A stretch of 64,000 bases of DNA from Akkermansia sp. (lineage in GTDB: Bacteria; Verrucomicrobiota; Verrucomicrobiia; Verrucomicrobiales; Akkermansiaceae). The notes under the pieces were generated by a model that saw only the letters and a program-made list of their open reading frames with translations, made no database searches and was not told the DNA's origin. The DNA lies in NCBI GenBank assembly GCA_017435505.1, contig JAFSEZ010000018.1:7484-71483 (forward strand), in the 5' to 3' direction. Within the stretch, counting starts at the first letter, position 1. The number at the start of each line of letters is the position of its first letter. The translations under genes and the position numbers were made by a program. Below are positions 1 to 9,969 of this stretch, in pieces.

Positions 1-1089
1 ATCACCATACGACAAGCTCTTGCTTGCTCGCAAAACATCCCCGCTATGGAGGCACTGCACCGCTACGGTAGCGGAGAAGAGCAACTGCAACTGCTGCGGT
101 CGCTGGGATTCCGCGTCAGCGGCTCGCACGAGGAATACGGACTCGGGCTTGCCATTGGCAATGCTCACATCACCCTCATGGAGCTGGTACAAGCCTATAG
201 TACCATCGCTCGCTTGGGGGCGCACATACCCCTCCACACGCGGCTACCACATACTACCCCGCAGCCCCGGCAGCTTCTGCGCGCTGAAGATTGCTACCGC
301 ATTGCCGATATTCTCAGCGATAAGGAGGCTCGCGCCGTTGCTTTCGGCTCCGCACCCACCCTATCCTTCCCCTTTCGCGTAGCGGCCAAAACGGGTACTT
401 CATCCAATTTCCGCGATAACTGGTGCGTGGGCTTTACCGCCGAATATACAGTCGGTGTATGGGTGGGCAATTTTGATCACTCCCCCATGCACGAAATTTC
501 CGGAGTGAGCGGAGCAGGCCCTATTTTCAACCGCGTATTCCGCGCTTTGCACGCGCAGCAAGCAGCAGGCTTCCCGCAAAGGCCACCCACACTTCAATCC
601 ACAGAAATTGATATCCGCACCGGCGGAGCCCCCACCCCTACTACACCGAACTTCTGCCGCAAGAAAGAATGGGCCACCACCACAGATTTACAGCACTTGC
701 CACAGGGGAAGACAGATGATAGCGGGCGTATCGTGCTGGATGCCCGCTACACAGAGTGGTACCGGGACTGCCACTTGCGCCACATCTATTGCCTGCAGGC
801 AGATGCCGATACTGATCGCGTTCCGGCCGTTCTCATCCCCGCTCATGGGAGCACCCTCACCCTCTCCCCCAATCTGCCGGATGAAGGGCGCGTGGTGGAG
901 CTGCAATCCACGCTTCCGCCCACCAACTGCTCATGGCATAGCGACACGCTCCCCATCACCTGCCGCAACGGAAAATGGTATGCCACTCTTACGCCCGGTG
1001 TGCATAGCATCCGCGTTTCGGCTCCCCCCTACGGGCATGCCCAATCCACCTTCCAAGTAATCCTCAACCACGAGCGTCCCCTTCCCTAA
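1..1089 (+). CDS. pbpC: penicillin-binding protein 1C, C-terminal part (5' end outside window)
   Basis: Frame 1 is open from nt 1 (..ALACSQNIPAMEAL..). It carries the KTG box (AAKTGTSSNFRDNWCVGF) and GVWVGNFD, then a ~230-aa tail typical of the PBP1C C-terminal domain. Confidence 0.8.
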   Translation: MTIRQALACSQNIPAMEALHRYGSGEEQLQLLRSLGFRVSGSHEEYGLGLAIGNAHITLMELVQAYSTIARLGAHIPLHTRLPHTTPQPRQLLRAEDCYRIADILSDKEARAVAFGSAPTLSFPFRVAAKTGTSSNFRDNWCVGFTAEYTVGVWVGNFDHSPMHEISGVSGAGPIFNRVFRALHAQQAAGFPQRPPTLQSTEIDIRTGGAPTPTTPNFCRKKEWATTTDLQHLPQGKTDDSGRIVLDARYTEWYRDCHLRHIYCLQADADTDRVPAVLIPAHGSTLTLSPNLPDEGRVVELQSTLPPTNCSWHSDTLPITCRNGKWYATLTPGVHSIRVSAPPYGHAQSTFQVILNHERPLP

Positions 1090-1117
1090 AATACCGTATC
1101 CCGTGGCCTCCCCCGCA

Positions 1118-1957
1118 TCATTTTTCAATGCGTGCGCGAATGCCTTGCAGGAATACGGATTCCAATGAATTACGTGCAGGAGCGGCAGAGAGCCATGCCT
1201 CCCCAGCCACGGTTCGGATTTGTTCCAACAACTCAGGCGTGGGATTGGAAAGTAGGATTTCTGTGCGGCGGCGGTCGCGCGTGAGATCATCCACAGAGCC
1301 TTCGGCAATAAGGCAACCTTGGTACAGAATGCCCACGCGGTCGCAAATTTCCTGCACTTGCTCCAAGAGGTGAGAGCACAGGAAAACGGTAATACCCTGC
1401 CGTTTCAAATCAAGAATAATATCCCGAATGGCGCGGGAACCGATGGGGTCTACCCCGGCAGTGGGCTCATCCAGTACGAGTAAACGCGGTTTCTGAACCA
1501 AGGCTTGAGCCAAGCCGACACGCTGCAACATACCCTTAGAATAGCCTCCCAAGCGGCGGTGCGCTGCATCCTGCAGCCCCACCAGCTCCAGCATTTCAGC
1601 CGTGCGTTCCTTGAGTTTCGCTCCATGCAGTCCGCACAATCGGCCATAGAAACGCACCGTTTCCTCCCCCGTGAGGAATTTGTAGAAGTACGGATTCTCC
1701 GGCAGGAAGCCGATTTCTCGGCGGTTGGCGGAGGCCGTAGCGGCTTGTCCGAAGACACGGCAGGTACCGGCATCGGGCGAGAGAAGCCCCACCAGGGCTT
1801 TCATGATGGTGCTTTTGCCGGAACCATTGGGGCCGATGAGGCCGTAGACGGCGCCTTCCGGGATGGAGAGGCTGACCCCCTTCACCGCGTACACCCCGCC
1901 CCTCCCCCAATGCCCGGGGAAGGATTTGTGGATATCAGCTATTTCTACGGCGTTCAT
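1118..1957 (-). CDS. ABC transporter ATP-binding protein (ABC-2/NatA-like)
   Basis: Walker A GPNGSGKST, signature YSKGMLQRVGLAQAL, Walker B LLVLDEPTAGVD and an H-loop (CSHLL). Confidence 0.88.
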   Translation of the reverse strand: MNAVEIADIHKSFPGHWGRGGVYAVKGVSLSIPEGAVYGLIGPNGSGKSTIMKALVGLLSPDAGTCRVFGQAATASANRREIGFLPENPYFYKFLTGEETVRFYGRLCGLHGAKLKERTAEMLELVGLQDAAHRRLGGYSKGMLQRVGLAQALVQKPRLLVLDEPTAGVDPIGSRAIRDIILDLKRQGITVFLCSHLLEQVQEICDRVGILYQGCLIAEGSVDDLTRDRRRTEILLSNPTPELLEQIRTVAGEAWLSAAPARNSLESVFLQGIRARIEK

Positions 1958-1977
1958 CGGCTCTACAGAATCAGCAA

Positions 1978-3315
1978 TCAGATGTTGCTCATGCGCAACA
2001 GGAGATTTTTGGCCATGGTGATTCCTTTTTCGAAAATCTCCACGCGCATATTTTCATTGGGGGAATGAATACGAGCATCCGGCAAATCCATGCCAAGGAA
2101 GAGTGCATCCTTGCCCAGCACCTTGGAAATTTCTGCGATGATGGGGATGGAGCCCCCCTCTCGCACAAGCACCGGCGGGTTGCCAAAGGTTTCTTCCAGC
2201 GCTTGCTGGGCGGCCTTGCCGTAGGCCGAATGCGGGTCGCACAAATATGCCTCACCGGAATGCTGCATGGTGAACTTCATCCGCACTGAGGGCGGACACA
2301 CTTTCTCAAAGTGGGCTTTCACCTTGTGCATCACAGCCACGGGATCCTGCCCCGGCACCAGGCGACAGCTCATTTTGGCCAAAGCATGGGTGGGAATGAC
2401 GGTCTTTGAGCCTTCTCCCTCGTAGCCCCCGGAAATGCCGTTGAGCTCCAGTGTGGGGCGTGCATACACACACTCAGCGCCCGTGTAGCCACGTTCGGTA
2501 CGCAGTTCAGGCACCCCGGTGAGCTGAGCCAGCTCCGCATCGCTCATGCCGGGCACGCGGCGCCAGCTCTCGCGCTCCCATTCGGCAATCTCGCTCACGC
2601 CATCGTAGAATCCCTCCACGGTGATGTGGTTATTGGCATCATGGGTGGTGGCAATCATTTCGCACAGCGTGGTGATGGGGTTGGCCACGGAGCCACCGAA
2701 CACGCCGGAATGCAAATCCATGGCAGGGCCGGAGACTTCCAACTCAAAACAGCAGAGCCCCTTTAGGCCATAGGAGAATGAGGGGATGTCCGGGGCAGCC
2801 ATGCCTGTGTCGCTCACCACGATGACATCGCAAGCCAAAAGCTGCTTGGCCTCTGGCCTACGCATGAACTCGTATAAGCTGGTGCTGCCGCGTTCTTCCT
2901 CACCCTCCAGCAAGAAGATGACATTGAGCGGCAAGCTTCCCTGCTCGCGGATGATTGCCTCCACGCCCAGTATGTGAGCCATGATTTCACCCTTATCATC
3001 CGAGGCACCTCGTGCAAAGATGCGCCCATCTCTCACCGTGGGGGTGAAAGGAGCACTTTCCCATTCGGCCAGCGGATCAACGGGCATCACATCGTAGTGC
3101 CCATATATCAACACCGTGGGCTTGCCCTCCACCTTGGGGCTATGAGCCACGACAATGGGGTGAATATCCGTTTTGTGCTTCACGGCATTGAAGCCGATAG
3201 ACGTAAGCTTGTTGACAAGAAAATCGGCGCATTTATCCACATCTGCCGCGTGGGATTCTACTGCAGATACACTGGGAATGCTCAAAAAGGCAAATAAATC
3301 ATCGAGCTTGCTCAT
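1978..3315 (-). CDS. M20 family metallopeptidase / dipeptidase
   Basis: 445 aa with the M20 hallmarks YGHYDVMPVD, GASDDKG and LLEGEEERGS (metal and catalytic residues). Confidence 0.8.
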   Translation of the reverse strand: MSKLDDLFAFLSIPSVSAVESHAADVDKCADFLVNKLTSIGFNAVKHKTDIHPIVVAHSPKVEGKPTVLIYGHYDVMPVDPLAEWESAPFTPTVRDGRIFARGASDDKGEIMAHILGVEAIIREQGSLPLNVIFLLEGEEERGSTSLYEFMRRPEAKQLLACDVIVVSDTGMAAPDIPSFSYGLKGLCCFELEVSGPAMDLHSGVFGGSVANPITTLCEMIATTHDANNHITVEGFYDGVSEIAEWERESWRRVPGMSDAELAQLTGVPELRTERGYTGAECVYARPTLELNGISGGYEGEGSKTVIPTHALAKMSCRLVPGQDPVAVMHKVKAHFEKVCPPSVRMKFTMQHSGEAYLCDPHSAYGKAAQQALEETFGNPPVLVREGGSIPIIAEISKVLGKDALFLGMDLPDARIHSPNENMRVEIFEKGITMAKNLLLRMSNI

Positions 3316-3372
3316 GCGCGTATTCTACAACCACCGCGCCCGGCAAGCAAGCAGAATTGCTGCCAGCAAGTG

Positions 3373-3416
3373 AAAGGAAAACAAGGGGCTCCCCGGCCGA
3401 ACAGCCGGGAAGCCCC
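3373..3416 (-). terminator. rho-independent terminator downstream of tig
   Basis: The minus-strand RNA forms GGGGCUUCCCGGCU/GGCCGGGGAGCCCC (14 positions, 1 mismatch and 1 G-U wobble; hairpin 3385-3416), followed by UUGUUUUCCUUU. Confidence 0.6.
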
Positions 3417-3444
3417 GATAGAGTTTCGTGTGGCAGAGCGTTCT

Positions 3445-4752
3445 TTACTTCTCTTCCACAGTGACCTTGGCGTTGCGAGCCAGCAAGTCAAGCACCTTGG
3501 AGGTGATGATGGAAAGGCGGATACCGGTCATGCGGTTTTCGCGCTGCAACTTGCGGATATAGCTCTTGATGTTCTTCTCACGAGCCTGCTCAGCCATGTT
3601 GGTGATAGCCTCCAGCATTTCGTTGTTAGTTGCATCAATAGCTTCGCGGCGGGCGATTTCCTGCAGAGCAAAGTAGACGCGGAGGTTGCGTTCGGTTTCA
3701 GCCTTGGCTTCCTCGCGCAGGGCATCCATGTCTTTGGTGATTTCGTAGTTGCCGGCTTGGATAGCGGCGTAGACCTTGCGCTGCACGGTATTCTCGTTTT
3801 CGCGCTCCACCAAATCGGCAGGAAGTGCAAAGGTAAGCTGATCAGCCAACTTCTCAGAAATCTGGTCGGCCTTGGCTTCATCATTGCTGCGCTCCTTGGA
3901 GGCTTTCATGTTATCGCGCACCATTTCCTTGATTTCATCCATGGACTTACCGGGCAGAGCACCGGCGAAGATGTCGGGGGAAATTTCGGGCACGCGTTTC
4001 TCGCGCACTTCTTTCACGGTGCAGGAGAATGTCACTTCCTTGCCGCAGAGGTCGGAGATGGGGAAGTCTTCCTTCATGGTGGCTACGATGTCCTTTGTAT
4101 CACCGGCAGACACACCAACGAGGCCGGCGGGCAGCTCAGGGATGAAGCGGTCTTCCGTCAGGGAAACCCAGTGGCCATCGCGACCTTCCAAGAAACCAAC
4201 GGACTTGCCGCAGTATTCGGCTGTGGGCTTGCCTTCTACGGTAGTCTTGAAGTCGATGACAACGATATCACCATCGGCAGAGGCGCGCTCTACCACTTCG
4301 TGCGTGGCAGAGGACTCTGCATACTTGCGGAGGGTTTCCTGCACTTCGTCATCGGAAACATCGGTGGAGGGAACAGTCACCTCAATACCCTTGTATTCAG
4401 GGAGTTCGAACTCAGGAACGATGGTGAGAACAGAAGTAAGGGTGAGGGAGCCATCCTCCTGCTCAGCGAGCTCGGGCGTACCGAAATCAAGAACTTTCAG
4501 TTCAGGATTTTCATCGAGCGCTTTCTGCTGCACATCGGACTTGATGCTGTAATCAAACTCGTCCTTGATAGCTTCGGCATAACGCTTGGCAACCACATTC
4601 TTGGGAGCCTTGCCCGGGCGGAAACCTGCAATGCGAGCATTCTTGACGTAGGCAGAAACGATACCGTCCTTGACGGAAGCGACCTCTGCAGCGGGCACTA
4701 CGGCCGTAAGCGTTGCTTGGCAATCACTTGTTTTGTTGATGGTAATATCCAT
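3445..4752 (-). CDS. tig: trigger factor
   Basis: 435 aa. N-terminal ribosome-binding region (GFRPGKAPKNVV), a central FKBP-like PPIase segment and a helical C-terminal arm give the typical trigger-factor layout. Confidence 0.9.
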   Translation of the reverse strand: MDITINKTSDCQATLTAVVPAAEVASVKDGIVSAYVKNARIAGFRPGKAPKNVVAKRYAEAIKDEFDYSIKSDVQQKALDENPELKVLDFGTPELAEQEDGSLTLTSVLTIVPEFELPEYKGIEVTVPSTDVSDDEVQETLRKYAESSATHEVVERASADGDIVVIDFKTTVEGKPTAEYCGKSVGFLEGRDGHWVSLTEDRFIPELPAGLVGVSAGDTKDIVATMKEDFPISDLCGKEVTFSCTVKEVREKRVPEISPDIFAGALPGKSMDEIKEMVRDNMKASKERSNDEAKADQISEKLADQLTFALPADLVERENENTVQRKVYAAIQAGNYEITKDMDALREEAKAETERNLRVYFALQEIARREAIDATNNEMLEAITNMAEQAREKNIKSYIRKLQRENRMTGIRLSIITSKVLDLLARNAKVTVEEK

Positions 4753-4791
4753 AATGTTCAGGGTTTGAAAAATATGTCAAAAGGCGCGCGC

Positions 4792-4820
4792 ATTGTAACA
4801 CTAAGTATACAAAAAGGCAA
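4792..4820 (-). promoter_or_regulatory. sigma70-type promoter for tig (TTGCCT-17-TACAAT)
   Basis: Read on the minus strand: -35 at 4820-4815 and -10 at 4797-4792, 39 nt upstream of the tig ATG. Confidence 0.5.
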
Positions 4821-4887
4821 GAGTGGAAGCAGGGATGACACAACTTAAGCGCAAGACTTGTGGTATGCATTGCAAATGCATGCCTTT

Positions 4888-5763
4888 TTACCCGAGGAGC
4901 AAATCAAGCAGGCGCAGGCGAAGGGAGCCGTAATAATCATTCTCGCGCAAGCGTTTGCGCTCACCTTGCAGAGCAAGAGCCGGGGCAATCAAATACTGTC
5001 CGTAGAGCGGAGCAAAGCGTTCCTTGAGTTCCTGCGGTGCAAAGATGCGTGTGTAGGCAGTTGATTCGTGCAGGATAAAAGCTTGCATTGCGGCATCTGC
5101 GGCAGCATCTGCACTTTCTCTGTCCTGCGCAGATTGATAGGCAACCAACAACTGCTCATAAACAGAACGCAATAGCTGATAATCCGCCGCCACAACGGAT
5201 TCATCTTTGACAATCGGCACGAGATTAAAGACAGCTTGCAAGGGCAACCACTTGAGCAGCGTCTCCAAATCTTCCTCCGAAAGAGCGGCAAACTCCACGA
5301 AGTAGCGTATTTGAAGTTCATCCACCAAGTAAGACTCCACCAATCTATCCAAGGCCGTTTGCACCAAGTAGCGCCGGCGGCTACTCAGGGTATCAGATGC
5401 AAGCAAGCGCAAATAAACGGCTAATGGCGCAGGTGCGCCAAGTTCCTCTGCCATGCGGGCAGAATCCCGCAAATTCGCATCAGATATACGCTTTTGTTCT
5501 TCAAACGCGCGAACATTACGGGCAAGCAACACTTGCTTGAGAGCCGTCTGCTGCTGCACAAACTCCACCGCCGAGAGGCGAGCCGCATCCTCTCTAGTGG
5601 GAGGCAGGGGCAGCCCCGCTTCCATGAGCTCTGCATAGGGGGATTCTGCGGCAAACGCAGCTTCCCAAGCGCCGGTGGATGCAGGTACTGCATGCACCCC
5701 TGCCCCCATGCTCTCGGTGGCAAGCATGCAAAACAAAGCAACCCGAACCCACGCCCGCAGCAT
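4888..5763 (-). CDS. hypothetical secreted protein
   Basis: 291-aa ORF with an N-terminal hydrophobic signal-like segment (VALFCMLATESMGAG). Its ATG overlaps the tyrS stop (TGATG). I recognise no family. Confidence 0.5.
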   Translation of the reverse strand: MLRAWVRVALFCMLATESMGAGVHAVPASTGAWEAAFAAESPYAELMEAGLPLPPTREDAARLSAVEFVQQQTALKQVLLARNVRAFEEQKRISDANLRDSARMAEELGAPAPLAVYLRLLASDTLSSRRRYLVQTALDRLVESYLVDELQIRYFVEFAALSEEDLETLLKWLPLQAVFNLVPIVKDESVVAADYQLLRSVYEQLLVAYQSAQDRESADAAADAAMQAFILHESTAYTRIFAPQELKERFAPLYGQYLIAPALALQGERKRLRENDYYGSLRLRLLDLLLG

Positions 5764-6983
5764 CAGAACTCACCCATATAGAATTTTTTCTTGCCGCGGC
5801 GAATGATGAGCACAGCCCCTTCGATAGCAATATCGGGCGTCACATTGTACCCCAAATCTTTTACTACCTCGCCGTTGAGAGAAATGGCACCGTTGTTGAT
5901 GAACTCGCGAGCCTCGCGCTTAGAGCTGCACACTCCGGAGGAGACCAACACATCCGGCAACAAACCGGAGCTAAGCTTCACATGGGGCACATTGCGCATG
6001 CCGGCCTTAATATCGCGCAAGCTCAGGCTCTTGAAATCACCGGCAAAAAGCTTCTGGCTAATGTCGACAGCCTTTTCAAACTCCTCGGCACCGTGCAAAT
6101 CTGTGACGATTTCACGAGCCAGAGCCTTTTGTGCCACACGCAGTTCGGGGTGTTGCAGGTGCTCGGCCTCGATAGCTGTGATTTCATCGGGCGTGAGGAA
6201 AGTGAGACGCTTGAGGTAAGTAATGACTTGCGAATCCTCGGCATTGATGAGGAATTGGTAGAGCTCGTAGGGAGATGTCTTGTTCTTATCCAGCCAGAGG
6301 GCATTCCCCTCGCTCTTACCGAATTTGTTGCCTTGAGAATCGGTCACAAGGGGCATGGTGAGGGCATACACCTCATCACCGGTCGTTTTGCGGATAAGCT
6401 CAATACCGGTGGTGATATTGCCCCACTGATCGCTACCGGCCACCTGCAAATCAACCCCACGCGTCTCGTGCAGATGCTTGAAGTCGATAGCTTGGATAAG
6501 CATGTAAGAGAACTCCGCATAGGAGATACCGCTCTCCATTTGGCGGCGCACATGATCCTTGGTGAGCATGTATCCCACGTTGATGTACTTACCATAATCA
6601 CGGAAGAAGTCGATGACGTTCATCCCGTTAATCCAGTCGTAATTATTCACCACTTCGAAGCCGAAAATACGCTCTACTTGAGCTTTCAATGCCTCAAAGT
6701 TGCGGAAAACCTCTTCTTTTTGCTTCAATTCGCGTTCCACGGTACCGCGAGGATCACCAATGAGCCCCGTAGCCAAGCCAACCAACAAAAGGGGAGTGTG
6801 CCCGGCCCGCTGAAGACGACGAGTGATGAGGAAACTCGAATAATGCCCCAAGTGCAAGCTGTCGGCGGTGGGGTCGGTGCCGATATAGAAAGTCAACCCG
6901 CCTTTGTTGAGTTTCTCAATCAAATCCGGGCTGGAGATTTGGTTAATCAGGCCACGCCATTCGAGTTCTTCGTAAAATGTCAT
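5763..6983 (-). CDS. tyrS: tyrosine--tRNA ligase
   Basis: HIGH-type motif (SLHLGHY), KMSKS-type motif (KFGKSEG) and a C-terminal S4 domain. Start placed at MTFYEELEWRGL (6983); the ORF-track start at 7019 adds 12 unlikely residues. Confidence 0.92.
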   Translation of the reverse strand: MTFYEELEWRGLINQISSPDLIEKLNKGGLTFYIGTDPTADSLHLGHYSSFLITRRLQRAGHTPLLLVGLATGLIGDPRGTVERELKQKEEVFRNFEALKAQVERIFGFEVVNNYDWINGMNVIDFFRDYGKYINVGYMLTKDHVRRQMESGISYAEFSYMLIQAIDFKHLHETRGVDLQVAGSDQWGNITTGIELIRKTTGDEVYALTMPLVTDSQGNKFGKSEGNALWLDKNKTSPYELYQFLINAEDSQVITYLKRLTFLTPDEITAIEAEHLQHPELRVAQKALAREIVTDLHGAEEFEKAVDISQKLFAGDFKSLSLRDIKAGMRNVPHVKLSSGLLPDVLVSSGVCSSKREAREFINNGAISLNGEVVKDLGYNVTPDIAIEGAVLIIRRGKKKFYMGEF

Positions 6984-7094
6984 ATGCGGAATGCGGTGAA
7001 AGGTGCGCCATAATAGCACGAGGAGCTTGCGATGTCAATCTTGGCAACACCGCAAGCTGCGACATGAGAAGCTATGACATGAGACCCGGCAATC

Positions 7095-7577
7095 TCACAC
7101 TTTGCGGACATGCGCCATTCCGCCACGAATTGCCTCGATGATGACTTTGTCGCCGGCAACCAATCCAGCGCGATCCTCTTCTTGAATGGGTATGATATGA
7201 TCGTCCCAGCGGATGCAGAGGTGCTCATCATCCCCCAAAACGATAGCCGTTTTACCGGCAACGAGCTCTGTGGACTCTTGAGGCGTGTTGCGCATGACAA
7301 ACCCCATTATAACACGGCGCACGCATTGTACCCACAATGTGTAGTATAATGCACAGGTCAATCCCAAAAAACCTAGAAATACTAAAATCGACCACTGCCA
7401 CGGAGCACCCACCAACCAAGTTCCCCATGCAGAAAACAACAACAAGGCAACCCAGGACAATAACTCTGTGCACACAAAAATATCCAGCACCAGCAGGGTG
7501 ATAGCCACAGCCAGCATGATGTGCAAAAATGTACCGTGGTCTATACCCAGAAAGGATGAAGCAATGATTTGAAACAT
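7095..7577 (-). CDS. NfeD family membrane protein
   Basis: 160 aa with several N-terminal TM helices and a C-terminal OB-like NfeD segment (GKTAIVLGDD..GDKVIIEAIRGGMAHV). It lies 5 nt downstream of the SPFH gene, the classic SPFH/NfeD pairing. Confidence 0.7.
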   Translation of the reverse strand: MFQIIASSFLGIDHGTFLHIMLAVAITLLVLDIFVCTELLSWVALLLFSAWGTWLVGAPWQWSILVFLGFLGLTCALYYTLWVQCVRRVIMGFVMRNTPQESTELVAGKTAIVLGDDEHLCIRWDDHIIPIQEEDRAGLVAGDKVIIEAIRGGMAHVRKV

Positions 7578-7582
7578 GGCAG

Positions 7583-8413
7583 TTATTTCTTGAGATCCAT
7601 GACAGAGGGAACCCCATTGGGCAAATAGACCTGCGCTGCAGGATTGGTCGTAATGGTGGCGTATCCCTCCAATGCCTGTCGATTCATGAGCACCTTGGCC
7701 GCTGCGTCTGCCCCCACTACGGCAGCAATGCGTTGCAGATAATCGGCCTCGGCTTCGGCAGCCAATCGCATTGCTTCAGCCGCACCTTGAGCGCGCAGGA
7801 TTGCTGCCTGTTTCTCTGATTCTGCCAAGCGTACTTTGGCCGTGCTTTCCCCCTCTGCCTTGAGGGCGATGGAGCGGCTCACACGCTCTGCCTCCATCTG
7901 GCGCAGCATCGCCTCACGAGTCTCGGAATCAGTAGTGAGTTCCTTAATTTCAATAGATGTGATACTGAGGCCCCAACGAGATGCCGTAGCAGCTACTGCC
8001 ACAGAGACTTTTTCCGAGATTTCCGAACGGGAGGAGAGGATTTCATCAAGATTGCGCCCGCCAATAAGCGAACGCAGTTCATTGAGCACAAGTTCAATCA
8101 GGGACTTGTGCAGATTCTGCACTTCGTATACCGCCTTGATGGCATCCATGATTCGCCAGCGGATAATACAGTTCACTTGCATGGTAGCATTATCCTTGGT
8201 TATACATGAGCGGGGCTGTGTATCCAGCAACTGCTCAGTCTGTTCTATATAGATGCCATTTTTGTTGGTCAGGTTTCCCCATGCGGAAGAAACATCTTTG
8301 ATGCTTTGCAGAAACGGGATATGAAACTGCAAGCCACTCTTACGAACAGAAGTGGGTTTCCCAAACATTTCCACGATGGCACAATGCCCCTGCGGTACTG
8401 TGAAGATGAACAT
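7583..8413 (-). CDS. SPFH/band 7 (stomatin/HflKC-like) protein
   Basis: 276 aa. A prohibitin-homology region (FTVPQGHCAIVEMFGKP...ITKDNATMQVNCIIRWRI) is followed by an Ala/Glu-rich coiled-coil tail. Confidence 0.88.
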   Translation of the reverse strand: MFIFTVPQGHCAIVEMFGKPTSVRKSGLQFHIPFLQSIKDVSSAWGNLTNKNGIYIEQTEQLLDTQPRSCITKDNATMQVNCIIRWRIMDAIKAVYEVQNLHKSLIELVLNELRSLIGGRNLDEILSSRSEISEKVSVAVAATASRWGLSITSIEIKELTTDSETREAMLRQMEAERVSRSIALKAEGESTAKVRLAESEKQAAILRAQGAAEAMRLAAEAEADYLQRIAAVVGADAAAKVLMNRQALEGYATITTNPAAQVYLPNGVPSVMDLKK

Positions 8414-8444
8414 AGAAAAGAACTATTGGTTAAAGGTTGGTGAG

Positions 8445-8473
8445 ATTGTACTCATACACCAACAGATTGACAA
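8445..8473 (-). promoter_or_regulatory. sigma70-type promoter for the SPFH-nfeD pair (TTGTCA-17-TACAAT)
   Basis: Minus strand: -35 at 8473-8468 and -10 at 8450-8445, 31 nt before the ATG at 8413. Confidence 0.5.
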
Positions 8474-8475
8474 GA

Positions 8476-8508
8476 TGAAAAATGCGCTGAACCGAAATCC
8501 AGCGCATT
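8476..8508 (-). terminator. rho-independent terminator of the efflux operon
   Basis: 9-bp perfect stem AATGCGCTG/CAGCGCATT (8481-8508) with a 10-nt loop, followed on the minus strand by UUUUC. Confidence 0.65.
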
Positions 8509-8532
8509 TATTAAAGCATGGTAAGCTAGTTC

Positions 8533-9936
8533 TTACTGTTGCTGATTATCCCAACCACCGCCGAGCTGGGTATAGAGCGTGGGAATCACAGCAGCATACT
8601 GGAAGTGATAAGCCGCCAGCTGTTGCTGGGCCGGGAAAAGCCTGAGCTGAGCATCCAACACCTCATAGTAACTGGAGAGCCCCTGTGTGTAGCGAGCCTT
8701 GGAGAGCTGCACACTTTCCTGATAAGCTGCCACGGCGGCTTCCTGTTTCTTCATGATATTGCGAAGCTTGGTGCGCTGCACCAGCGTAGTGGAAATTTCC
8801 GACATGGCATTGAGTACAGTTTGCTCATACTCTGCCTTGGCCGCAAGGAAAGCATCCCGCTTGGCGCGCTCATTGGCACGCAGCTGACCACCTTGAAAAA
8901 GCGGGCCTGTCAGGCTTGCTCCGATGCCCCATCCCGTGCGGTGTCCGATGATGGCGTGGCGCAAATCTGCAGATGCCACACCGGCAGCACCGGTCAGGCT
9001 GATGCTGGGGAAATAGCTGGCGATGGCCACACCGATTTCAGCGTTGGCAGCGCGCATTTCCTGTTCTTTGGCGCGGATATCAGGGCGGCGAGCCAGCACA
9101 TCTGCCGGGATGCCGGAAGATACTTTGCTGGCATTGGCAAAGGAACGCAGGCTACCACCACGAGCGATGTGACCGGGCATGCGACCGGCAAGAGCAGAGA
9201 GTGTGTTTTCCATCTCTGCAATCTGCATCTCTAAGGAGGGGATTCCTGCTTCAGCTGCGGCCAGCGCGGCTTCGGCAGAAGCGGTTTGCAAGCGGTCTGC
9301 CACACCTGCGGATTGCTGGTCGCGGAAGAGTTGAAGCGTCTCGCGGTAAGATGCCACAGAAGCACGGGTAATGCGCAACTGCTCATCCAAGAGGAGGAGT
9401 TGCAGATAGCCGGTAGAAACTTGGCGCAAGAGGGAAGCCCGCAGAGCGTTGAGTTGCTCTTGAGCCGCTTCGGCAGAAGCTTCCGCACTTTCCACACCCT
9501 TTCGGGTCTTGCCCCACAAGTCAATCTCCCAGGAAGCGGAGGCTGCAATGGAGCCGGGATTCTTGGTCACACCACCCATCTGGGCGATGCCTGCACCACC
9601 ATTTTGATTCATTCCCTTACTGGTAGAGGCGGCGTAGCCCACCCAAGGGAAGAGCGGAGCGCGCGCAATCGTCACGTACTGACGAGCAGCATCCACGTTA
9701 TGAGCGAGTGCTTCTAAGCTACGGTTGTTTTCGAACACATCCGTGAGCAGATTTTGCAGATTACGGTCGCGAAGAACCGACTGCCAAGGAAGCTCAGCCA
9801 TGCTGCTGCCGCCAATGCCATTGCCGCGAAATTGGGCGGGGACGGGCATTTCAGGCTTGGTCCAGATAGGGCCGAAGGTGCAGGCCGTGGTAAAGGCGGC
9901 GGCACCGGCCAGAATCAGTATTGCTGTTTTATTCAT
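8533..9936 (-). CDS. efflux outer-membrane factor lipoprotein (NodT/TolC family)
   Basis: 467 aa with a lipobox (FTTAC), two TolC-like helical repeats and an ending of the ...LYTQLGGGW type typical of the OMF family. It is the last gene of the RND operon. Confidence 0.88.
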   Translation of the reverse strand: MNKTAILILAGAAAFTTACTFGPIWTKPEMPVPAQFRGNGIGGSSMAELPWQSVLRDRNLQNLLTDVFENNRSLEALAHNVDAARQYVTIARAPLFPWVGYAASTSKGMNQNGGAGIAQMGGVTKNPGSIAASASWEIDLWGKTRKGVESAEASAEAAQEQLNALRASLLRQVSTGYLQLLLLDEQLRITRASVASYRETLQLFRDQQSAGVADRLQTASAEAALAAAEAGIPSLEMQIAEMENTLSALAGRMPGHIARGGSLRSFANASKVSSGIPADVLARRPDIRAKEQEMRAANAEIGVAIASYFPSISLTGAAGVASADLRHAIIGHRTGWGIGASLTGPLFQGGQLRANERAKRDAFLAAKAEYEQTVLNAMSEISTTLVQRTKLRNIMKKQEAAVAAYQESVQLSKARYTQGLSSYYEVLDAQLRLFPAQQQLAAYHFQYAAVIPTLYTQLGGGWDNQQQ

Positions 9937-9969
9937 TGTTGTTTTCAGGGAGTTTGTGAGAAATTGATA

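Noticed and set aside
3370-4848. 492-aa ORF on the plus strand covering the whole tig locus
   Set aside because: It is antisense to an unmistakable trigger factor gene. Its product is G/L/V/A/F-rich with no recognisable motifs. Long stop-free antisense frames are expected in GC-rich, codon-biased genes.
5679-7013. 444-aa plus-strand ORF opposite tyrS
   Set aside because: It is antisense to a gene with HIGH/KMSKS motifs and has no family resemblance, so it is the same compositional artefact.
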